Below are positions 38,821-49,579 of a DNA stretch of 64,000 nt, in pieces (position 1 is the stretch's first letter; each line of letters starts with the position of its first letter). The position numbers and the translations under genes are program-made. This stretch comes from Microthyrium microscopicum (taxonomy: Eukaryota). The stretch is taken from positions 1,436,814-1,500,813 of the forward strand of contig MU004240.1 in NCBI GenBank assembly GCA_010405405.1. Reading direction: 5' to 3'. The notes under the pieces were generated by a model. It worked only from the letters and a program-made list of their open reading frames with translations. It did not search any database and was not told where the DNA came from.

Positions 38821-40152
38821 TCAGCATACCTGAAGCTGGGTGAACGGATGATGCTGTTGGAAGCCGGGAAGGTATCCAGCAGCCATTCGTTGTAGGTGCG
38901 CAGGGATTGCATACCAAATCCCTGGCGACGAAACGTATTGTGGTTGAGTAAAAGGAACAATTTTTTGGGGCGGCATATTGTTAACAGAAACATATGAATT
39001 TGATGAGTGAGATGAAACGGTTGACATGTCGGAAAACACCGATGCGTTGTCCGAGTCCGTGCTTCCAGACGAATTGGACAATTGTGATAAACGAGGCGGG
39101 AGAGCTTGGCCAGTCCAGGGTAATTGAACCGGGGAACAGTTTGGTGGTGTAGTGGGAGGGGTAAGAATTTGCATTGGTTGCACAGGCTGGACTGCCTCTG
39201 GAATGCATACGTTTTCGAAGAAGATATCCCGCGGGCTTGGAGGTGGGCTCGGGGGTAGCGTATGTTTGGTAAATGAGCCACATGATAGAATGGCCTCTCG
39301 CAGATCAGCCAGACTGATCCGTTGGCTTGCATCCGGTTCGAAGATGCAACTCAAGATGTTATTGAGCTCATCGGAAATGGGGAGGATCGTCTGGAGGAAT
39401 GCACGATCGCGCATGTAGGCGCGGAATGTTGAGTCGTCAAAACAAGCTCGTTTCCAAGGGTTGCGTCCACATGCTAGGTTCACGAGGATAACTCCAAGTG
39501 ACCAGATATCGTTGGGTGCAGATGCATAGCTCGCAAAGGGCCTAGGAGTCGCTTGTTGGCATTCCGGTGACATGTAGAAGGTTGATCCGCATCCGTAGTC
39601 CGATGTGATGCTCTCAGTAGTTGCAAGACCAAAGTCGGCAAGCTTGACAGTGTTGCCGCCATTAGTAACAAGAATGTTCTCCGGCTTAAGATCGCGATGA
39701 TATATTCCAATCGTATGACAAAAATGAACGGCATCCAGTATTTGGAGGAAAATGGATTTGACCATATGGTCATTTCCAACGTATTGGCCCTTTTCCGTGA
39801 TGTTGGAGAAGAGGTCGCCCTCAGGGCAGTATTCTAGCACAACATATGTGCAATCGTATGTCTCCAGGATTTTGACTAAAGAAACCACGTTCTCATGAAA
39901 GCTAGCCTGGTAGTGAAGTTGAATTTCGCGCTGTTGAAACTTTTGTTGCCTTGGCTCCAGTCCAAGTTTATTCAAGGCCTTGACGGCGTATGGGATACCT
40001 GTCCGTAGGTCTTCGGCAACATAAACCACGCCATAAGCTCCATAACCCAGTACTCCAGTTATCCTGAGCCAGTCGGCCAGAATGTCGCCAATGCGCTTCT
40101 CGGGTGTGCAAAACTCATTGGGCCTAGGAGATTGTGGAGGGGTCGGCAACAT
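38821..40152 (-). CDS. Ser/Thr protein kinase, Ran1/Pat1 (Sks1/Vhs1) family
   Basis: Single-exon 443-aa ORF with GYGAYG, AVK, HRDLKPEN, DFG, YGCGSTFYMSPE, the family motif DIWSLGVILVNLACGRNPWKRA and a Pro/Ser-rich tail. Confidence 0.93.
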   Translation of the reverse strand: MLPTPPQSPRPNEFCTPEKRIGDILADWLRITGVLGYGAYGVVYVAEDLRTGIPYAVKALNKLGLEPRQQKFQQREIQLHYQASFHENVVSLVKILETYDCTYVVLEYCPEGDLFSNITEKGQYVGNDHMVKSIFLQILDAVHFCHTIGIYHRDLKPENILVTNGGNTVKLADFGLATTESITSDYGCGSTFYMSPECQQATPRPFASYASAPNDIWSLGVILVNLACGRNPWKRACFDDSTFRAYMRDRAFLQTILPISDELNNILSCIFEPDASQRISLADLREAILSCGSFTKHTLPPSPPPSPRDIFFENVCIPEAVQPVQPMQILTPPTTPPNCSPVQLPWTGQALPPRLSQLSNSSGSTDSDNASVFSDMSTVSSHSSNSYVSVNNMPPQKIVPFTQPQYVSSPGIWYAIPAHLQRMAAGYLPGFQQHHPFTQLQVC

Positions 40153-43100
40153 AATGGGGAGAGGAGAGAAGGATGGAGTTGGAAAGTCCGTTGGCTCAGC
40201 AAGACATCAGAGAGATGGAGTAGAGCAAAAGTCGAGGTTTTGGCGCAAGGTAGACAACAAACAACAACAGACTAGAAGAACCAAAAGGATGATCTGGCGG
40301 ATTAAAGAGTATGTAAGGAGAGTGGTAGTGGTAAAGGATGAGGCGGAGGGGGGAGAAGGAAGAAGATGTATTGGATGAAGTAGTGGAAGTTGAATGTATG
40401 GGAGGTACTAGCAGATGTGGAGAGACGATGATGAGGCGAAAGGAAGGCTGAAGTATGCTTGGTATGATGCCCAGCGGGCTGAATGAATGGCGCAAGGCTA
40501 GCAGATGCGAGAGTCCTCGGGCAGCGTGCGCCAAATTGAAAGTAGCCCAGCAGACTCAAGTGGCCAATGAGCCAACGACGGGGCGGCAGAGCACAGGATG
40601 GAGTGGAGGGCAGCGCCGACAGGCATCATCTCAGCATGGAGCATGGAAATGGAGCATGGAGCATGGCCCATCAGTGTTTTCTTTGATCAAAACGGAGCCA
40701 GCGTTCGTTGAGGCGTGCCAGGACTCCTGGACCTGGCCACTACTCACTGCTCTCTGGCGCCGCACTGGCACACTGGTTGCATCCCGTTGCCTGTCTATCG
40801 CCTGTAGTCTGCTGGTCCTGTTGCAAACGACTGGCTTGACTTTTACCAAGCCTTCTCAAAGTATCCAGAGTTGCAAAACACTCACACCCTTCCCGAAGAA
40901 GACATGGGACTCATCATCGGAAGGCTGATGATGGATGGCTGGTTCCATCTTCCTTCGCCTTCCTGGCTACCAGTTACCAAATCTGTCACCGGCGATTCGC
41001 TGGCTGTGTGAGTTTAGACAGTGGCACTGCCAGACGCCCAGAGCAGTCTAGGACACCATGCGCGGATACACACCCTTCTCTCTGAAGTCAAGGTCGGCCG
41101 TAGATAGCTTCGCTCTACACACTTTCACATCTCGTACCCTACGGGCTCTACGAGAGAGATGGGCAGGATCAGGCTAGCTGCAGAACTAAGCCCACGGCGG
41201 TATCGTACCGACTTGGATTGCGCATGGCGGCTTAGCGCTCAAAGGCCATGAGCCATGAACAAGCAGTCAAGCACTGAAGCAGGCAAGCAAATGCATAAAC
41301 AGCGATCCTACAAGGCCAAGACTGGGGTGGCCTGCACAGTCTGTGGTGCCACTTTAGTCGCTGTCATTAATGATTATCATTGCTGCGCTTCAACTGCCTG
41401 CAGTTCTGTCTGAGCCAGTGTGAGCCTGGCGACGCATCCAAGGGCCCATTCGCATCTCTAAAATCTGCGAAACAGGGTTCAATGTTCGCCCAGCATCAGA
41501 CTTCCGCAAGACAATGCTGCTGTCGATGTTCCATCTGCATGTCTGCGAATGTCTTGACTGGTCCGCTGCAATCTGTCGATATCTTGCTACCGTGAGGCCA
41601 TGAACGCACTTCTGGAACTTTTGCCAACGGGCAAATTTCTTTACACGAGAGCCGGCCAATAGTGTCGCATGCTGGCTTCTTAGTGTCTGGTGGTGGTCGT
41701 GAATCGTGCTGCTAGGCGGCGTTTTGCCCATCAGACTGTGAAGTCACCGGCCCAATCCCGTTTAGCTGACCCGCAGCCTTGGACCAAAAGTGGCAGAGTG
41801 GTACCCAAAGACCCACACAACTCGTGTCCTAGCCATTAAGCTTGCGTTGCCATCTGCAGGCTGCGAAAATAAGGATGCGGCCGAGCAGGGTTACTAACCA
41901 CCAGCTCGCTCCAGGCTCCATGATAGTCGCTACAGCTCCACACACCAAGTTTGACTTTCTCAACACATGGTCGTTCATGCTCTCCCGCCGCGATCATCCT
42001 ATTTTGGTCGTACATTCCTGCTTGTCACAGGAGGGCATATATTTGCCTCACAATCTTTATCGGGTCAGATCAGCTCTGTAAACGCTGACCCAGACGGCCG
42101 CTTGGGGTCTGTTTCGAGTAATCTTGTGCAAGTGGACACGGTGGATAAGCAGTCGTGGACTCGTGGCAGTTTAAGGTGGTCTCCTACGTAATTTGTTTTG
42201 TGCTCGTTGCCATTTGATCATTCCTAAAATGCCAAATCTTTTGTCGTTTGTTTCGCCCCAAGCCCGTCGCCTGGTCGTATTACCAAATTTCACTCATGAG
42301 GCATAAGCCAATCAGGGCCAGCGCCAAATGCATAACTTTTGGCAGCGCTCGTGGCTTGATGCAGATGCTGTCGAACAAAACAATTGTCCCACCATCTTGC
42401 CACCAGTTGGCGCGCAAAAACCACCAACTGTGTCCAAGACTCTGACCGGCCGGACTAAACAAAAAATAATTAGATATTTTCGAACCTTTGGTTGCCAGAT
42501 TCAGCCAATATCGGAAGGTGTACCAGTCACACTTCCGATCCTTACCTGCAACCAGCCTTCCATTAACAGCCGCCAGTCTTGGAATGCTAAGACTGGGATG
42601 ACGAGGCCGGGCATAATAATATTCTACCATGAGACAATCACAGGCTGTAGATTGCAATAGTGTTCCAATGCTGGGCTTTAGCAAAATCATTAGCAGCGTT
42701 CACCCTGAGCCAGAAACGGCGCTAGAAGTCTTGACTGTTCTGTCGAAGCCACTGAACGGGTGGTCGTGCGGCGATCGGTAACAGCGTTGAGAATTGCCAT
42801 GCCCGTCAATCGTCCCTCATGCCGATCTGTAAATTAAAGCGTAAATTGAGGGCTGACTCTTTTCGGCATGGACAGCATGGCTGGCCTGACACGCCTGATT
42901 TGACTGGATGGTTGAAAATCTCAAGGTATGGGGGCGTTTCTCACCGTCTAAACTTGGCAAGCTTTTGGGTTGCGGTTGACTCCGAGCGCGCAGCAGCTTG
43001 AGCGCTGACTGGCAGGGTTCACCCAATCATTAACCTTCCTCGGCTAAAGTAAGCCCAAAGGGATGAAAGATAACCAACACGGTCGATTGACCGCTTCACT

Positions 43101-44199
43101 TTAACGATATGATGTATTCTTTTGCTTGTTTCTGCCTTACGACGTTTCGTACAACGAAAATTCTTGCCTGATCTCTATCCAGTCGGAGCCGAACGCTTCG
43201 TATGAGGTACCGTACATCCATCAGGCTATCCGCCAAGGTACCAATAACTTAATAATGGCTCATATCTAATGCACGATGATACAAAGACATTCTGACTTTT
43301 CATATAAACTATTGTCAACTATCTTTTCTGCATTGCGTTAACTCGCCGCGCGTTAGTGAGATTGCCCTCTTGCAACAACTTTTTCAAGTTTGATACCGAC
43401 CATTATTGCCTCCAATTCACAAACTACTCGGCATAATTTGCTGATTTGCTAATTACGACGTTCTTGTGGCTCTGTTTCGAGATGATGTTGTGTCCCTCAA
43501 AGCCGCCACATTGGCTATCGCCTCCACATGCCGTTTTTGTACTTTCATAGTGGCCAAAAAAACCAAATGGGCAGCGTTAGCAGTTCAATTCCTGCTACCC
43601 ATCGGTTAGGAACACGATCGCCGAAGGCGATCGGGGACAGCTTAACGCTAAGGACAGCTCAACGCTAGATCTATTACTATTATTTAGTTACTTACTAGCT
43701 ATTTATTCATTATGCAATATTTAAAGCTAAAATTAAAGAGGTATATAATTTAGGTTTAGTTCTAAATCCTATATTAGTTTTAGCTTTATAACTTATTAAA
43801 TAAGTCTTTACTATTAATTTCTAGTTAAGTAGTTTTAGACTTAATTAGACTAAAATATATAGAATTTTAAGTATTTCTTTAGGCTACTTACTAACTTTAC
43901 TAGTTATATTTTTCAAAATTTAACTAGAGTATAAATAGATATAATAGAATACTCTATCTAATTTTTATATAATATAATTAATAAGAGAGTTTATTATTAT
44001 ATATGAATATATAAATCTCTTTATTGTCTAGTTTGTTTAGTCCCTATAGGGGTTCCAAACACGCTACTCTAATAGGCGTATATAGACTATACTAACTATT
44101 TATAATAGAAACTCTTAGGAGAATAAAACTACACTATTTGCCCTAGTAGGGCGCTATAGGCGCTCTAGCGTCTATTTATCTATTATAGAACGTTAACCT

Positions 44200-45766
44200 T
44201 GCGGCTATTAATAGGCTATTCTATAAAATGCTTCTACTTCATTTAATCTCCTTCCTACCTATCTAACTCTATCTAAACCTCTTTATCTACTTCCTTAAAC
44301 TCTACTAGGGTTACTAGAACTACTTTAGCAGCCTTATAAATACTTGCTAAAATAGCTATAATAATCTTCCCTCCTAACGCTACTATAGGCACAGCTACGC
44401 CTAAAGGTCTTAGGCAAGTAGGCATAAAGCTAAGGAATTACTATCCTAGAGTAAATCCTACTATAGCTAAGGCTAGAGGCCTTCTAAGGCCTTTTATAGG
44501 GCTAGCTTTTAGTATAGTAACTAGTGTATATTTATCCTTTAGTAATAGGTTTATATTACTATAATCCTATTAAGCTATGCTATTCTATAAGTTAATAATA
44601 CGTTTAAATAGGGTTACTTAGAGGGCGTTTACTACTAAAGCAATACTTTTATAAATATTATAGAATTTGTCCTAATAATTATATTTATAATTATAATTTA
44701 AGTACTATTTATTTTTACCTTTTGTTTTACAATCTCGTATATTATACTTACTTAAATAGTATTTATAGTAAGCTTCTACTAAATAGGAAGACTATATATA
44801 ACCCTAGGTACTATACTAGTAGTAATAGGTACTTACTAGTATTATAGTCTAGAGTTTATAACTATACTATACGCTTTTAATTATTAGCCCTTAGGCTATA
44901 ATAGTCTCTTAGAGACTCTTCGTAAGAAGATATATAATAAAAGATAATCTCTTCTTTCCTAAGATTAACGTCTTATTACTATAAATCTAGCTTACTCTAG
45001 TAATAGTAAGAACGTGCTAGTTATCTTTATTTAGAGCCTTAATAAACTCTAAGTTATAATTATTTACTTTCTTATTATAATAAACTCTATTGCTAATACT
45101 CTTTAAGAGTATGCTAGCTACTTTAATAGAATAATCTTACTAAAGTACTTATATACCTTTAACAGTTAGGTACTAGGCCTAATCCTTCTATTTAGCATCT
45201 TTAAAGATAACTTAAAGATTACTACTCTATAGAAGGTATACGCCTATAGTACCTATAAATATCTTTTTAAGTTCCTTAAGGACCTCTAGAGGAGTTCCTA
45301 TATATTATCTTACCTTAGGTTATAAAATAATAGAATAACCTTTTAGTTTACTTACATATAGTTTAGTATAAGAAGTAATTATTACCTAGGAGTATAGCTT
45401 TAGAGCTAGTATAGTAAAATAACGTTAAATTATTACTTTAATCTTATTAAGCTAATTAAGGATAGTTTTAAGGGAAGTAGGTTTAGGAGTAGGGTATTTA
45501 GCTATTAGAGGCTTTTCTTCTTAATAGAGGACGTAGTCCTTTAGCTTAATAAGCTCCTCTATAGTATTATAGAGGACTTATTTTAAGATAATTATTTCTA
45601 ATCCTTTTTGTATGCCTTTTTATATTCTAGATAAGGATATCCCTACTACGTTAACTATACTAAGTAGTTCTAAAGAGCTATTATTAAGCAAGCTTTCATA
45701 GCTCTTAAAATTAGAGTCTTATTCTTCTATATTTTGGTCGTTTAGTTCTACTATACTTTTAGCTAT
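44200..45766 (-). pseudogene. RIP-inactivated gag/ORF1-like gene (Tad1 LINE-type) with three CCHC zinc knuckles; 3' end approximate
   Basis: One frame runs from 45766 without frameshifts, and all stops are TAA/TAG. Reversing transitions gives K.YSQV, LLRSGDLRV, LRQDYPIEVASVP, ITRVSWIH...GKKRSSFIVYL, GLIIEG, CYQCGTWGHTQSSC (44783-44824), CEYCSGKHDTRDC, CSNC...H..W...C and KGPGRP. Confidence 0.72.
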
Positions 45767-46067
45767 AATAATACTATAGCGTATATAGGCGTCTTACTAA
45801 AAATTTGTAAATATAATCTCTAAGCCTTAGCGAAGGGATTCCGATGGTTTATTTAGATTAAATTGATAAAGTAGTGTAAATTAAGCCGTGTGGGAGCTAA
45901 AGAAGGTCTTAAAGTAAATTAGTTTATTATTATAATAACTAGAAATTCTTAGATATTCTTAAGCTTTAGCCTTCTTAGTAGCCTCTTAGCATCTTAACTA
46001 CTCTCCTATCGATTTACTACTTCTACTATTAACTACTACCTACTTAATAATTTTTATCTCTACTATT

Positions 46068-48540
46068 ATAGCTTCAAAATCGTAATTAAAGAAGTAGAAA
46101 CACTCTAAATTTCTAGCTAAAGAAGCCCTACTTAAAGATACTATTAAATTTTATTAAAAATACCTTAAAATAATATAGAATCAACTTATAAAGAAATTTA
46201 CACCCCTAGGGCTTAATTAGATATATTGTTGCTATCTATAAATATAGATATTATACTTTAAGCATACCCTTACTAATTAAAAGCTCTCTAATAACTAGGA
46301 GGTATTTCTTATAGAATATCTTAATTTAATAACAAAGATTAGTATACCGCTTTATATTAAACTTATTTAGGATATTACTAATAAGATTCTATAATAAGAT
46401 ATTAAAGATTTAGATACAATTCTTTTTAAAAAACAACCTTACGTTAGATCTAAATAGGCTACTTACTAGCTTAAACGTAGTTAATTTACTCTACGCTTTT
46501 AACCTACTATTAAAGCTATAAGAAAGTAAGCTATAGAAAGAGATACTATTAAGTATTTCTATAGAAAGTATAAAAATATTACTACTACTTATAATATCTA
46601 AATTAAAGACTAGTAGAATATAAATAAAATAGGCGTTTAAATTAGTATCAAAAGAGGCTAAATAGTAGTTATACTTAATAATTATAAGTTCTTTAGCTAC
46701 TACTATAACTATATTAAATCTCTTAGTAATTAAGAATTACTTATGTCTATTAAAGCTTATTTTGCTACTAGAAGAACTATTAATCCCTTACTTATTACTA
46801 AAGGGAAGATTATATAGTAATCTTAGTTTAATAGTATTAAATTAGGAAATCTTATAATTAGTAAGTTAATAGGCCTAAAACTAGTAAATCTAAAGTACTA
46901 ATCTTACTATAGTAGTATCTAATACTAGCTATTTAAATAATTATCTAGGATTTATCTAGATATAGTATTTTTAACGTCTTTTAAAGTAATATTAGCTAAA
47001 GGATTACCTATACTAGAAGGCTTGCTAGTAACTCTTAATAATTAATAGATATATAAGCTATCTTACTATATAGTTTATATTATATTATAAGCTTTATAAG
47101 ATAAAGATATTACTTCTTCTACTATATTTAATATACTTCTTATAACTATTAGATATTAGTATCTTTTAACCTTAGAAATACTAGTATATAGAAGAAATTA
47201 ACGTATATATATATTAAGGAATTATTAATTTTAATAGGCTATATCTTCTTAAAGTAATTAAATATATTAGATTAAAAGCTTTTACTAAAAATAATATTAG
47301 ATTAGTATAGAGGTATATAGGAATAGTTCCCTTTAATCTAAAGTTAGTACTAAGTTAAATTCCTATTATAGATCCTTTAAAAGGGCTTAATCTATATAAA
47401 GATTAGAATCCTACTACTAAGTAATTTAGGAAGCGCCCTTAAATACTTAAAGATAAGGAATTACTTATAGTATAGACTACTCTAGAATATCTAAAGTAAT
47501 TTAAATAGCAAACTAGATAAATTAAGCATTATCTTTAATTATTAGTATCTCTAGCACCTCCTATAGTTCGTAAGCAATAATAAGCTAATCTTAAGGTCTT
47601 CCTAGATTATATTACTACGTGTAATAATCTTACTATAATGCTAATTAATTACTACTTTAATTCTTATTTAGCAAGACTTTATAATAAGTTATTAAAGGAT
47701 AAATCTTATAAATAGGTTTAAAAGGGAGAATTTATTTATACTAGTAATGTTAGAGATCGTAATATTATTAATTTAGTAGATATCCTATAGTACTAGCGCT
47801 AAATTAGGCCTTACTTTAGTAATAAATAGCTTCTCTATTAACTCTATCTTTATAACTTTATCTTTCCTTAGTTCTTCCTATATCCTATAATCTAAATAAT
47901 TACTAAAATTGTAAATACTAAGGCTACTATACGCCTATAGAAGTTTACTAAATATAAGAATACTACCCTTTAAAAGGCTTCTTAATAAACTATTACTAAT
48001 AACGAGATTTAGGTTATTAAAGCTATAGTAGTAAAGTAATCTTAGCCTATAGTAGCAAAGGGCTCTTAACCTAAAAAGAGGTATATAAAAGTAAAGAAGA
48101 AAGCAATTCCTAATATTCTAGGGTAGGCTAAATATAATATTTATATTATATAGAAATAGAATAAAGAACTACTTTATCTTAAAGAATCTTAGAAAAGACT
48201 ATAGTAAGATTACTAGGAGAACTATACTAATATTACTAAATTTCCTTACCCTAAGTATAATTATAAGTAAGATATAGCTCTATAGTACTTAGAAACACGC
48301 CTATTATAGTTTAAATTTATACCTATTAACCTATAAATCTCTACTACTAATTCTCTATTAGTATATATATTATATACTAATAATAATAGTAAAGATACTA
48401 TTAATAAGCCTATTAATAGTAAAGATATATTAGAAGATAAAGAACTACTAATAATAGAAGAGTAGATTACTAAAGTAGCTACCTAAACTACTAAGATCTA
48501 TAAAGCTAAAGCTTACGTGCTTTAAATGTAAGAATTTTAG
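46068..48540 (+). pseudogene. RIP-inactivated DDE (pogo/Fot1) transposase; 3' end approximate
   Basis: De-RIP reading gives WNMDETGVRIG at 46614, in frame with a relic start at 46068. A 52-nt intron 46861-46912 (GTAAGT...CTAAT...TAG) restores frame to SDTGYSND..W.QHF, WRLLIIDGH.SH (47026) and LPPHSTHFLQPLDVGIFQP. VQKGG lies near 47716. Confidence 0.88.
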
Positions 48541-49206
48541 TAAAATTTAAAGTCTATTTAATATAGATATTCCTATTTTAGTATTAAAATATAGAGATTT
48601 AACTATTTTATAGTATTTAACTTATAATTATAACTATAGAAGATTACCTCCTAAAATATAATATTAATTACTAAAAATAATACTATAAGTATATTAATAC
48701 TATTAAAATACTTTATAGAAGTTATATTAAATTATATTAACTAGTTATTAAGATATTAATTAATTACTAGTTAAGTAGTAATAAATCTAGCGTTGAGCTA
48801 TCCTTAGCGTTAAGCTGTCCCCAATTGCCTTTGGCGATCGTATTCTTAACCGATGGGTACCTTGGAATACTCCGTTGGAACTAATCCCTTCCTAAAGAGG
48901 TTAACTAGTTCAAATCCTATTTAAGGCCCTTGAACTCAGTTTAAGGACCTTAAACTTGAATTAAATTGACAGGAGGAGCGTTCTTTAACGCTATTAAGCC
49001 TAGCGTTGTCTATCTCTCTTAGCTAAAGAATATTATTTATTAATACCTTTTAACTAGCCTAGCGTTACTCTATTCTAAAAAGGATTAAGGCTTAAGCTAG
49101 GCTTATAAGGCTTAAGCTAAGGACTATTATAGTTTAGTTTTTAGCTTTAGATACCATAATTTAAATTAGAAATAGAGCTAGATTTAAACTACTAACGCTC
49201 CCCAAT

Positions 49207-49579
49207 AGGCAGCGTTAGTAGTTTAATTCCTGCTACCTCAGAATACTTCGTTAGAACTAATTGCTTCCTAAAGAGGTTAACTAGTTCAAATCTTGTTTAA
49301 GGCCCTTAAACTTAGTTTAAGGACCTTAAACTCGAATTAAATTAATAGAAGAAGCATTCTTTAATGCTATTAAGCCTAGCGTTGTCTATCTCTCTTAGCT
49401 AAAGAATATTATTTATTAATACTTTTTGACTAGCCTAGCGTCGCTCTGTTCTAAAAAGAATTAAGGCTTAAGCTAGGCTTATGAGGCTTGAGCTAAGGAC
49501 TATTATAGTTTAGCTCTTAGCTTTGGATACTATAATTCAAATCGGAAACAGAGCTGGATTTGAACTGCTAATGCTCCCC
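49207..49579. mobile_element. MITE copy 2 (373 bp, intact), probably PIF/Harbinger-type
   Basis: About 28-bp imperfect TIRs GGG(C/G)AGCGTTAGCAGTTCAA(A/T)TCC(A/T)GCT, flanked by AAT on both sides (49204-49206, 49580-49582). It differs from copy 1 mostly by transitions. Confidence 0.9.

Larger units (their letters stand above)
43598..48857. mobile_element. 5.26-kb pogo/Fot1-like (Tc1/mariner superfamily) DNA transposon, heavily RIP-mutated
   Basis: 82-bp TIRs starting CCCATCGGTTA, with 7 mismatches that are all transitions. TA duplication at 43596-43597 and 48858-48859; the empty site CCTGCTACC is seen in MITE copy 2. The left TIR contains 16-bp direct repeats GGACAGCTYAACGCTA (43635-43650, 43652-43667). 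The interior is extremely AT/TpA-rich. Confidence 0.93.
43569..49203. mobile_element. MITE copy 1 (373 bp: 43569-43597 plus 48860-49203), split by the pogo-type insertion
   Basis: The two pieces together are collinear with, and the same length as, the intact copy at 49207-49579. AAT precedes it (43566-43568) and follows it (49204-49206). Confidence 0.88.

Noticed and set aside
37955..39332. 320-aa and 243-aa minus-strand ORFs overlapping the kinase 3' end
   Set aside because: They overlap the kinase in other frames, have UTR-like F/L/S/C-rich composition and show no motifs.
43680..48780. AT-rich block as organellar DNA, centromere or LTR retrotransposon
   Set aside because: It is bounded by TIRs with a TA duplication and contains DDE motifs. 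No LTRs, RT or integrase relics were seen.
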